Below are positions 47,521 to 55,845 of a stretch of DNA of 64,000 nucleotides, in pieces (the stretch's first letter is position 1; each line of letters begins with the position of its first letter). The stretch is taken from the NCBI GenBank assembly GCA_965222895.1, contig CBDCVB010000002.1, forward strand, positions 1,159,678 to 1,223,677, given 5' to 3'. This stretch comes from Dehalococcoidia bacterium. GTDB lineage: Bacteria > Chloroflexota > Dehalococcoidia > Lucifugimonadales > UBA3495. The notes below the pieces were generated by a model. The model saw nothing but the letters and a program-made list of their open reading frames with translations. It was not told the DNA's origin and did no database searches. The position numbers were made by a program, and so were the translations under genes.

Positions 47521-49059
47521 CTATGGCAACGCTCCAACTTTTTGCAGTAGGGCTAGGGTGCCGGCCAAATCTGACAGGTCGGCCAGGGTAATGTCAGGTT
47601 GAGCGATGTCTGCCAGCGGAGTTAGCAGGGTGGAAGGGCGGACGCCATCCACCAGAGGGTATTCGAAAGTGGAACCGGCGAAATACTGCTGCCCCACCTT
47701 GCTCAACAGGAACCGAATGAATTTCTCAGCGTTCTCCGGATTGTCGGCAGTGTTCAGGATGCCAGCCCCCGATACCAGGACGATAGCGCCAGGGCCCCCG
47801 GTACGCAGGTGGGCATTGCGAGCGGCGAAGTCTTCGCCTTCTTCGGCCAGGAACCGGTGCAGGTAGTAGTGGTTGACCAGCCCAGCATCGATTTCTCCGG
47901 ATGCCGCCGCTGCGACCTGCGGGGTGTTCTTGGGATAAACCCTCACATCGTTGGCCAGCATTGCCCGCAGCCACTCCTCGGTGCGCGCTTCGCCCCAGCC
48001 GACGCGGAGCGCGGTGACCATGGCCTGGAAGGAGCCGTTAGTGGGAGCCCAGCCGACGCGCCCCTTCCACTTGGGTTCGGTGAATCCCCAGAGGTCGTTG
48101 GGGAGGTCGGCCTCGGTGAGACGGTCGGTGCCGTACACGACGACGCGGGCGCGCCCGGTGATGCCCACCCAATGGCCGTTTTCGGAACGTGCCCATTGTG
48201 GGGTCATACTAACGATGACATCGGGCAGCGCAGTCATCATTCCGGAAACGGCGGCGAGGCCACCGGGGTCTTGCGCGTAGAAGACATCCGCCGGAGAATT
48301 GCTGCCTTCCTCCAGCAAGGTGGCGGCCAACTGGCCGGTGTTAGCATATTTGACCTGAACGTCGATACCGGACGTACCCTTGAATTGCTGGATGATGGGG
48401 TCAACCAGCGACTCGCTGCGACCCGAATAGATGACCAGCTTGCCGGGGTCTTGCACTGGCGAGGTTTCACGGTCGCTCGTTTTGGCTGATGCTTCTGTAA
48501 CTGTGAAAGCAGTACTCATACCCTCTTCGTAGTGGCTTTCCAGTTTTCCATCTTCGATTTCAACCAGGTTGCAGATGAGTATGTAATTGCCGGCAGCCAG
48601 GTTAAACACCCCGGACGCCGCCGTGTTGGGCGCAAATCGTTCGACTTCGCCGATAAGTTCAACCTGATCTTCCGGAACCAGTCCGTCAATGGTGGGCAAA
48701 GCATCGGCGGCCAGGTCGCTCTTGATAATCACTAGCTCGTGGTCATCGTCGGGGCCGATGTTGTTGGCGAGGAAGTAGGTTTCTCCGGCGGCAACGGAAC
48801 TTTGCTCCAGCGCAATTTCCCACTCTTTAAGGGTAACCGCTACTTGCCGGGCCGCGTCGGGCTTTGGTCGTACCACGCCGGCTTCCGAAGCGGGCTGTTG
48901 GACGATGCGAGTTACTTCAACCTCTCGGGTAATTTCAACCGGAGCGGCAGTGGGCGGCCCGGCAGCGGGCGCGCCGCAGGCGATTACCGCCAGCAATATG
49001 GCCGCGCTGGCTACGAGCCACCATCTGGCGTTGGCAGAGGCCGTGGCTAGTTTGTGCAT
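47521..49059 (-). CDS. Fe(3+) ABC transporter substrate-binding protein fused to an N-terminal cupredoxin-like domain
   Basis: Signal-anchor N-terminus. The about 150-aa domain has His...Cys...His...Met spacing (DDHELV, ILICNLVEIEDGKLESHYEEGM). Then an FbpA/AfuA-like body (LVIYSGRSESLVDPIIQQFKGTSGIDVQVKY). Confidence 0.75.
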   Translation of the reverse strand: MHKLATASANARWWLVASAAILLAVIACGAPAAGPPTAAPVEITREVEVTRIVQQPASEAGVVRPKPDAARQVAVTLKEWEIALEQSSVAAGETYFLANNIGPDDDHELVIIKSDLAADALPTIDGLVPEDQVELIGEVERFAPNTAASGVFNLAAGNYILICNLVEIEDGKLESHYEEGMSTAFTVTEASAKTSDRETSPVQDPGKLVIYSGRSESLVDPIIQQFKGTSGIDVQVKYANTGQLAATLLEEGSNSPADVFYAQDPGGLAAVSGMMTALPDVIVSMTPQWARSENGHWVGITGRARVVVYGTDRLTEADLPNDLWGFTEPKWKGRVGWAPTNGSFQAMVTALRVGWGEARTEEWLRAMLANDVRVYPKNTPQVAAAASGEIDAGLVNHYYLHRFLAEEGEDFAARNAHLRTGGPGAIVLVSGAGILNTADNPENAEKFIRFLLSKVGQQYFAGSTFEYPLVDGVRPSTLLTPLADIAQPDITLADLSDLAGTLALLQKVGALP

Positions 49060-49421
49060 TTTGTACCTCCTGAGGGACTACTCCCTCAACATCATAGATT
49101 ATAAACCCGGTGGCTTCGAGCTCTTGTATGGCGCCACAGTACCATGCTGTCAGTGAGGCGATACGTTGTACTTTGTGGCTACGCAGGCCTTATATTAGTG
49201 CATACTTATTTTGGTGTCAAGTGCATATTCACTGCGGATTTTGCGGTGCATTGGCCGGCGAGGTACGGACAACGACGAGATTAGTTTTGATTGGAATTGG
49301 GTACGAGGATTGTCGCTGAAGGGGCGTCGCCAGCTACCAAGCGCGGTAAGCACGGACGGCTCAACGTATATTGGAGGTAAATGGGGGGTTCGGGATTCGA
49401 CGCGAAAAGCATCCGGCAGGC

Positions 49422-49450
49422 TTGACAGGGGTATTTGGTGTCGGTAGACT
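49422..49450 (+). promoter_or_regulatory. Putative sigma-70-type promoter for the ABC ATPase gene
   Basis: TTGACA (49422-49427), a 17-nt spacer, then TAGACT (49445-49450). Lies upstream of the first candidate starts of the ATPase gene. Confidence 0.35.
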
Positions 49451-49476
49451 GACGCCAACAATCAACTGCCATTGAC

Positions 49477-50604
49477 TTGACCACCGTATGCGCACTAACA
49501 ATGCTGTTCGCCCGGTCTAAACAAAATCCACAGCCTACCAGCGTCGCCGCCATATCCGAGGGCTGTGCCCTGGAGTTACGTGGCGTAAGCAAATCCTTCG
49601 GGGCCACGCAAGCGGTTGCCGATGTCAACATTGATTTGCAGCGCGGCGAAATTTTGTGCTTGCTGGGCCCCAGCGGATGCGGCAAAACCACCACCCTCCG
49701 CCTGATTGCCGGCTTTGACACCCCCGACAGCGGTGTGGTGAGAATTGGCGACCGCACGGTGTACGGCGGTGGCGCCAACGAGAGCCCGGAACGCCGACGC
49801 ATCGGCATGGTGTTTCAGGAGGGCGCGCTGTTCCCGCATCTGACGGTTGAGCAGAACATTGCATTCGGTCTGCCGAGGGGACGCCAGCGCAAACATCAAG
49901 TCGCTGAGTCGCTGCGCACGGTGGGACTGGAAGGCTACGGCGAACGGTATCCCCACGAACTGTCGGGCGGGCAGCAGCAACGAGTTGCGCTGGCGCGCGC
50001 GTTGGCTCCGGAACCCGACCTGATCCTGATGGACGAGCCGTTTTCCAGCCTGGACCCGGGCCGGCGCGACCAACTGCGTCAGGATGTGGCCGCCATCCTG
50101 CGCGCGCGCAACGCCACCGTGGTTTGCGTGACTCACGACCAGGAAGAAGCGATGATGTTGGGCGACCGCGTGGCCGTGATGCAGGACGGGCGCATCGAGC
50201 AACTGGGCTCGCCGGAAGAGGTGTTTCACCATCCTGACACCCAGTTTGCGGCCGAGTTTTTCGGTACGGCGGACTTCCTGCCAGCGTGGCGGGACGCCGA
50301 ATATCTGACCAGCGAAGTTGGCCGCGTGCCATGGCCAGCCGCCTGTCCCACCGGCCAGCAGTTGCAAGTGATGATTCGCCCCGACTGCGTGGACATTCAC
50401 CCCGACGACGCGGGCGCCGGCGTGGTGTTGCAACGGGAGTTTCGTGGCGCGTTCCACCTGTATACCGTGGGCCTGCCTTCGGGACACCGGGTGCGGGTGC
50501 TGAAGTCCCACCTGGTGCACCTGGATCCGGGCACCCGTGTTGGGCTGTCGATGCGGCAGGGGCACACCATGCAGCCGTTCGTGGACGGCATGGCGCAGGG
50601 ATAG
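49477..50604 (+). CDS. ABC transporter ATP-binding protein (FbpC/PotA-like), start uncertain
   Basis: Walker A GPSGCGKTT, signature LSGGQQQRVALARAL, Walker B LILMDEPFS and a C-terminal regulatory/OB-like domain. Confidence 0.85.
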   Translation: MTTVCALTMLFARSKQNPQPTSVAAISEGCALELRGVSKSFGATQAVADVNIDLQRGEILCLLGPSGCGKTTTLRLIAGFDTPDSGVVRIGDRTVYGGGANESPERRRIGMVFQEGALFPHLTVEQNIAFGLPRGRQRKHQVAESLRTVGLEGYGERYPHELSGGQQQRVALARALAPEPDLILMDEPFSSLDPGRRDQLRQDVAAILRARNATVVCVTHDQEEAMMLGDRVAVMQDGRIEQLGSPEEVFHHPDTQFAAEFFGTADFLPAWRDAEYLTSEVGRVPWPAACPTGQQLQVMIRPDCVDIHPDDAGAGVVLQREFRGAFHLYTVGLPSGHRVRVLKSHLVHLDPGTRVGLSMRQGHTMQPFVDGMAQG

Positions 50605-50649
50605 CGTCCGAGCCGGGTTCGTGGGGACGGCGGGCGTTGCCCTTCCCCT

Positions 50650-50707
50650 TCGTGCGTACCCACTTTGTCATTGCGAGCGCAGCGTGGCAATCTCGTCGCC
50701 GTAGCAA
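50650..50707 (-). repeat. Single inverted copy of the gagattgccacgct-cgctcgcaatgac repeat family
   Basis: The reverse complement reads ttgctacggcgacgagattgccacgctgcgctcgcaatgacaaagtgggtacgcacg. This is collinear with the first unit of the array at 55170 onward. Confidence 0.8.
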
Positions 50708-50933
50708 CGGCGGTTCGCCGACGTGTGTTCAACCTCATCGAGATTGCCACGTCCCTCGACAAGCTCGGGATGAGCGGGGGTTGTTTGGGTGGGCGGTGGA
50801 TGGGGTTTGGCGCCGATGGCGCGGATTCTTCAACCCTTGGGAATGGGGTATAATCTCCCCATTCGCAGCGGGGTGCAGTGCCCCTTCCCAAGAGAGCAAC
50901 TTGCCACGTCCTCGTAAATCTGTTCCTGACACC

Positions 50934-51674
50934 ATGACGCACGGCCATGATGGGTCCGAAAGGTTGTCTCCGGTTACGGAGAACTATCTGCTGTCGCTGT
51001 ACAAGATGTGGGAGGACGCGGACATCCCCACACTGACTCAGCTAACCGAGGCGTTGCGGCAGTTGCCGCCGACCGAGGGATTGGGGACTTCGGTGCCATC
51101 GGTGGCCGGGATGCTGCGGCGGATGCAGAAGCAGGGCCTGGTGGACATTGGGACCGACAAGCGCATCCGCCTGACCAGTCGGGGACAGACCGAGGGCGAG
51201 AACATTGCCCGGCGGCATCGTCTGGCCGAGTGGCTGGTGGTGAGTCTGCTGGGGATGGAGCTGCACGAAGCCCACATTGAGGCGCACCAGCTGGAGCACG
51301 GGATGTCGGCGGCGCTGGAATCCAGGTTGATGGAACGGCTGGGGAACCCGACCCGCTCGCCGTTTGGCTGGCCGATACCGGGCACCGAGGGGTTCGCATC
51401 GGGGCCGGCGCCGGGCGCGGTTACGCTGGACAACGCCACCAGCGGTGAAACCTACATGGTTGACCGGGTGCCTGAAGAAGACGCCGAATTGCTGAAGTTC
51501 CTGGGGGCGGCCGACCTGGTGCCTGAACACCAGATTACCCTGCTGGAAGCCCTGCCGTATCTGGGGGTGATGCAGGTTGCGACCGAGGTTGACCGCATTT
51601 CCATCGGTTACAACGTGGCGCGTCAGATAGTGGTGCGTCCGATGCCCACGCCAGCGGACGGGGACACCGTTTAG
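50934..51674 (+). CDS. DtxR/IdeR-family metal-dependent transcriptional repressor with FeoA/SH3-like C-terminal domain
   Basis: ENYLLSLYKM..., RRHRLAEWLV and HxxAHQLEH metal-site motifs. The listed ORF start at 50286 runs through repeat DNA and is rejected. Confidence 0.8.
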   Translation: MTHGHDGSERLSPVTENYLLSLYKMWEDADIPTLTQLTEALRQLPPTEGLGTSVPSVAGMLRRMQKQGLVDIGTDKRIRLTSRGQTEGENIARRHRLAEWLVVSLLGMELHEAHIEAHQLEHGMSAALESRLMERLGNPTRSPFGWPIPGTEGFASGPAPGAVTLDNATSGETYMVDRVPEEDAELLKFLGAADLVPEHQITLLEALPYLGVMQVATEVDRISIGYNVARQIVVRPMPTPADGDTV

Positions 51675-52255
51675 GACTCGTCCTGGAGGTTGCGTCGCAC
51701 CTGGGCCCAGCCTTCTGCCATGGGACGGTCTGGCAGGTCCGGTTGGTCGGGGTTCGGGAGCACCTTGACGGCAACCAGCGTTGGCCCGGTCTGCCGCATG
51801 ATTTCTTCCAGGCCGATCAACAATTCTTCCAGGTCATCGAACCGGCGGGTGTGGGCGTAGCCGGCGCTGCGGGCCATACCCTCGAAGTCAATCTTGTCCA
51901 GACCGGGGATGGGGACGCCGGCGGTGGAAGTGTGGTCGGCGTCTTCGAGGACGAAGTGGACCAGGTTGGCGGGAGCGGCTTCGCCGATGGTGGCGAGGCT
52001 GGCCAGGTCGGTGCGGAGGGTTGAGTCGCAGTCGAGCACCAGTACGCGGCGGGCCGGTTGCGCCAGCGACAGGCCGAGACCGACGGCGGGGGCCCGATCC
52101 ATGCAGTCGGTGAGGTCGACGTCAAGCTCACGGCGCTGCGAAACGGTGTGCCAGTCGCGCAGGGCGGCGGAGGTTGAGACCACCAGTGCGTCGTTGCGAT
52201 GGAAGTTGATTGCTCGTGCGACTTCTTGGGAGGGAATCATTTTACATCGATGCAC
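51671..52255 (-). CDS. Paralogue of the TPP-decarboxylase beta subunit with a degenerate cofactor motif
   Basis: Collinear with 52756-53376, but LDGDGSLLMNLGS...NNG is replaced by LDCDSTLRTDLAS...EDA. Confidence 0.6.
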   Translation of the reverse strand: MHRCKMIPSQEVARAINFHRNDALVVSTSAALRDWHTVSQRRELDVDLTDCMDRAPAVGLGLSLAQPARRVLVLDCDSTLRTDLASLATIGEAAPANLVHFVLEDADHTSTAGVPIPGLDKIDFEGMARSAGYAHTRRFDDLEELLIGLEEIMRQTGPTLVAVKVLPNPDQPDLPDRPMAEGWAQVRRNLQDES

Positions 52256-52281
52256 AGGATAAACAGGATTTGGTTGATTGG
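52238..52281 (+). repeat. GGACAGGAT-type motif, copy 1 (variant gcacaggataaacaggat)
   Basis: ttttacatcgatgcacaggataaacaggatttgg. Abuts the start codon (52253-52255) of the minus-strand gene 51671-52255. Confidence 0.7.
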
Positions 52282-52297
52282 AGATAGGAGGCGCCGG

Positions 52298-52516
52298 TCA
52301 GTCGTCTGTATTGGCTTCGCGGTTGGATTCGCGGCGGATTTCGGAGCGGCGACCGGATACCATGAGAAAGAGGCCAGCCAGTATGAGGGCGCCACCGGGC
52401 ACCGCCTTGAGCACGTTGCTTTCGACGAAGCCGAGCCACAGGAGGTAGAAGCCGGCGACGACTACTGCGGAGGCGAGGAGACGGGACAGGACGTTGCGAA
52501 GGGGGAGTTTGGGCAT
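52298..52516 (-). CDS. Small two-helix membrane protein
   Basis: 72 aa with LLASAVVVAGFYLLWLGF and GGALILAGLFLMVSG hydrophobic segments. Confidence 0.4.
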   Translation of the reverse strand: MPKLPLRNVLSRLLASAVVVAGFYLLWLGFVESNVLKAVPGGALILAGLFLMVSGRRSEIRRESNREANTDD

Positions 52517-52520
52517 AGGG

Positions 52521-52560
52521 AGTTTTTACATCGATGGACAGGATAGACAGGATTTGATGG
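52521..52560 (+). repeat. GGACAGGAT-type motif, copy 2
   Basis: tttttacatcgatggacaggatagacaggatttga, 5 nt upstream (minus sense) of the start of 52298-52516. Confidence 0.7.
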
Positions 52561-52634
52561 AGGGGTAGACCCGCATTTTCCGGTAGGGGGATGCGGTTAG
52601 GGGCGAATGATTATTCGCCCTTACGGTGCGCTTA

Positions 52635-52725
52635 CGAGATTGCCACGCTGCCCTCGCAATGACATTAAGGGACAAGGTTGGCCGCTACGCCTAACGAGAT
52701 TGCCGCGCTGCGCTCGCAATGACAT
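52635..52725 (+). repeat. Two direct copies of the gagattgcc-cgctcgcaatgac repeat
   Basis: gagattgccacgctgccctcgcaatgacattaaggg and gagattgccgcgctgcgctcgcaatgacattaagga, 58 bp apart start to start. Confidence 0.8.
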
Positions 52726-52755
52726 TAAGGAACAATCGAAAGGCGCTGGGTGGGG

Positions 52756-53376
52756 TTAGTCGTCGGCTAGGGCGGAGGTTACTTCGGCGTAGGCTTGTTG
52801 GGCGGAGCGGGTGCCGCGCACGCGGAACTGGACGGGGGTGTTCTCGATTTCCGGTTCTACCACCAGGTGGATGAAGACGGGGCCTTCGGCAGCGAGGGCT
52901 TCGTCAATGCCGTTGGTAAGGTCTTCGAGGTTGTCGTAGGAGAAGACGGCGGCGTAACCGGCGCCTTTGGCGACTTCGGTCCAGTCGGTGATGCCATCTG
53001 AGCCGGGGATGGGCTGGCCGCCGGTTACAGCGTAGACGCCGTTGTTGAAGAGGAAGTGGTAGAAATTTTTGGGCTGCTTGGTGGAGGTGGTAACCAGAGA
53101 GCCCAAGTTCATGAGGAGGCTGCCGTCGCCGTCGAGGACGAACACCTTGCGGCCAGGCTGGGCCAGGGCGACGCCCAGGCCGACGTTGCTGGCCTTGCCC
53201 ATTGCGCCGGAGATGGGGAGGTCGAGGTTCTCGTTAGTGGTTACGGTGGGCAATCCGAAGCGGACGTTGCCGGCGTTCATGGTGGGGATGATTACGGCGT
53301 CGTCGCGCTTGCTGTCGATGATGCGGACGGCGTCGGTGTTGTTAATCATGGGGGTGTCTCCTGGAGGCGAGGGCAA
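52756..53376 (-). CDS. TPP-dependent decarboxylase beta subunit (sulfopyruvate/phosphonopyruvate decarboxylase ComE-like)
   Basis: Canonical TPP-binding motif LDGDGSLLMNLGSL...LFNNG. Confidence 0.7.
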   Translation of the reverse strand: MPSPPGDTPMINNTDAVRIIDSKRDDAVIIPTMNAGNVRFGLPTVTTNENLDLPISGAMGKASNVGLGVALAQPGRKVFVLDGDGSLLMNLGSLVTTSTKQPKNFYHFLFNNGVYAVTGGQPIPGSDGITDWTEVAKGAGYAAVFSYDNLEDLTNGIDEALAAEGPVFIHLVVEPEIENTPVQFRVRGTRSAQQAYAEVTSALADD

Positions 53377-53425
53377 CCATAAGGGTTATCCCGACGGGTT
53401 GTTGTGGGATGGGGTTGATGCTGCG

Positions 53426-53938
53426 TTATGAGCCGAATTCGGTGCCGATCAGGACGCCAACGGGCCGGTTGAGGCGGGTGGCTTCATCGAAAGCGATGCT
53501 GATGCGGTCGGCGTCATCGTCGGTCTCAACGAGGTAGTAGTTGATGCCCCAGGCGTGGAGGATGTGCTCGATGAAACGGCCGGCGGAGTCGGGAGTGGGG
53601 CCGCGCCGGGTCCAGCCACGATAGCCGATGAGCATAACCAGGGGTTGGTTGAGGTCGAGGGTGAGGCCGCGTATGGAGTCGCCGGCTTCGAATACGCCGG
53701 TGTTCTGGATGAGGACGACGGGTTTGGCGCCACCGACCCACAGGCCAGCGGCGACGGCCATGGTCTCGCCTTCGCGGCACACCGGAACCAGGTCCAGGGT
53801 GGGCTCTTCCATCATCATGTTATAGAGGAAGTTGGTTTCGCTGTCCGGGAGCCAGACCACGTGCGAGACGTCGTTCTTTTTGAGTTCGTTTACAAGGGAA
53901 GCTGGGTGAAGTATGGATTCGTGGACTTCCGTGGTCAT
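53426..53938 (-). CDS. TPP-dependent decarboxylase alpha subunit (ComD-like)
   Basis: About 170 aa TPP N-terminal (pyrimidine-binding) domain, CREGETMAVAAGL...VLIQNTGV. Confidence 0.7.
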   Translation of the reverse strand: MTTEVHESILHPASLVNELKKNDVSHVVWLPDSETNFLYNMMMEEPTLDLVPVCREGETMAVAAGLWVGGAKPVVLIQNTGVFEAGDSIRGLTLDLNQPLVMLIGYRGWTRRGPTPDSAGRFIEHILHAWGINYYLVETDDDADRISIAFDEATRLNRPVGVLIGTEFGS

Positions 53939-54127
53939 TATCGCGACTCCTTGAGCGAAGTGGGAATGATTGTAGTGTCAAATGAATTCGCTGGCATTAT
54001 ATGGTGTGGGTATTTGGGCGTCAACGGGCGGCGGTCGCACCGAGGGTCTTTCAACTCTGGGGAGCCAGCCGGGTTTCTGGTTAAGATTAGGATGACGGGA
54101 AGTTGCGCGGGAATGACCGGGAGGAGC

Positions 54128-54165
54128 GGTTTTTACATGGATGGACAGGATGGACAGGATTTGCG
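54128..54165 (+). repeat. GGACAGGAT-type motif, copy 3
   Basis: tttttacatggatggacaggatggacaggatttgc, about 190 nt upstream (minus sense) of 53426-53938. Confidence 0.7.
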
Positions 54166-55183
54166 TTTCGGGGGGAGGCTGGCGGCGGTGGGGGTGGGGT
54201 TGCGGAGCCAGCGTTGGTGATGGCGGACTGGCCCGGGGTGTCCGGCGATGATGCGGTCGCAGGCGGTGACGAGTCGGGCGACGCGACGGCAGACACGGCG
54301 TGTTGCGACTCGGGCGGCATCGGGCTGGCGGCCGTTATCGGGCTGGTGTCCGGTGAGGAAGCTGGGCAGGGAATGGGTAAGTCGGAAGGTTTTTAGGTGG
54401 GAGCGACTGAGCTGTTCGGCGAAGATGTAGAGGTGCAGGATGATTTCGAGGCGGCGACGGGAATTGTGCGGAAATTCGGTGAGCATGGCGATGGCGGTAA
54501 TGCTATGGGAACCGGCGCGCCGCAAGAGGTCGGCGGCACTGGCGTAGTCATTTTCGCCGATGGCGTCGCGGGCGCGCCGGAGGTGTTGATGGCTGGTGGT
54601 TTGGTGGTGGCTGATGGTTCCGATTGGGATTCTCCTATGGTTTGGATTTTGCGATGGTTTGGATTTTGGGAATGTGGGCGAGGGGTTTCAGGTCTGGGTC
54701 GGCGATACGGCCAGGGGATGCAGATTATGTCCGAGGCTTCCATGTCCCGCGCAACGGGGCGGCGAACCGGGTCCCGTAGTGATTGCGCGGCATGGGGCGG
54801 TGGTGACACCCGCTGTGCTTCGCGAACCGGTCCGGTGAAAAAGGCGGCGACGGACGCGCGAAAGCGTTGCAGAACCGACAGAGTTGGCCGTGAGACCTGA
54901 AACCAAATGCCCAATTTGAGATGCTGAGTCAAGCAAGACGAGACGAGCGCTCGTTTCGCTTTCCGGATTGCCTGACTGGATACAGGATACGGGGTTGGCG
55001 TCGGGCGGCGGAAGGGGCTGGGTGTCGCTATTTTGGGCGGGGGTGGCGGCCCGCAGCCCCGGCCCTTCTCCCACGGGGAGAGGGGGAGCGGCCGCACGCT
55101 GACGCTCCCCTCGGGGAGACCTTTGCGCAACGCGTCTTAAGGTCTAACGCGTATCCATGTTAATCCGCCATTGCTACGGCGAC

Positions 55184-55563
55184 GAGATTGCCACGCTACG
55201 CTCGCAATGACAATGTGGGTACGCGTGCGGTCGAGATTGCCACGCTACGCTCGCAATGACAATGTGGGTGCGCGTGCGGTCGAGATTGCCACGCTACCGC
55301 TCGCAATGACAATGTGGGTGCGTGTGCGGACGAGATTGCCACGCTACGCTCGCAATGACAATGTGGGTACGCGTGCGGACGAGATTGCCACGCTACGCTC
55401 GGAATGACAGTGTGGGTGCGCGTGCGGACGAGATTGCCACGCTACCGCTCGCAATGACAATGTGGGTACGCGTGCGGTCAATGTGGGTACGCGTGCGGTC
55501 AATGTGGGTACGCGTGCGGTCAATGTGGGTGCGCGTGCGGTCAATGTGGGTACGCGTGCGGTC
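55184..55563 (+). repeat. Tandem array: six 49-50-bp units followed by four extra copies of their 21-bp 3' sub-unit
   Basis: Unit is gagattgccacgctacgctcgcaatgac plus aatgtgggtacgcgtgcggtc, starting at 55184, 55233, 55282, 55332, 55381 and 55430. Then aatgtgggtRcgcgtgcggtc repeats from 55480 to 55563. Confidence 0.9.
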
Positions 55564-55715
55564 GTAGGGTGGAACGAAACGGCGTGGCAAATCCGGCTTG
55601 AGCACGACGACCGTTGCCGCGGTGGGGTCATGGGTTTCGGAGCGCGCCGGAACGACGGCTAGGCGAAGGTCTCCAGCAAGGTCTGCATCGAGGGAGGCAG
55701 CGTTCCGTATTAGGT

Positions 55716-55762
55716 GGTTTTTTGCATGGATGGACAGGATAGACAGGATTTTTTTGATTGGG
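55716..55762 (+). repeat. GGACAGGAT-type motif, copy 4
   Basis: ttttttgcatggatggacaggatagacaggattttt, between the tandem array and the asnS stop. Confidence 0.7.
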
Positions 55763-55845
55763 GCTTTCCTGGATTCCGGCTTGCTCCGGAATGACGAGAA
55801 GGGGAACCACCTAAAAAGCAACGCTACCATCGAGGGGAGGGGGTT

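Noticed and set aside
50286-50933. N-terminal 216-codon extension of the DtxR-type repressor ORF
   Set aside because: The extension overlaps the ABC ATPase gene end and runs through repeat DNA (50650-50780). The conserved DtxR N-terminus begins at the ATG at 50934.
54133-54640. Minus-strand ORF resembling a PaREP1/HEPN-like helical protein (...HLRRARDAIGENDYASAADLLRRAGSHSITAIAMLTEFPHNSRRRLE...)
   Set aside because: The first predicted helix lies upstream of the only available start (a TTG at 54525), with no ATG, GTG or TTG after the preceding stop. The similarity is by eye only. It may be a decayed gene, so it is not reported as a feature.
55184-55563. Regularly spaced repeats that could be mistaken for a CRISPR array
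   Set aside because: The units are contiguous tandem repeats with no unique spacers between them, and no cas genes are nearby. The same core occurs singly elsewhere as a dispersed repeat.
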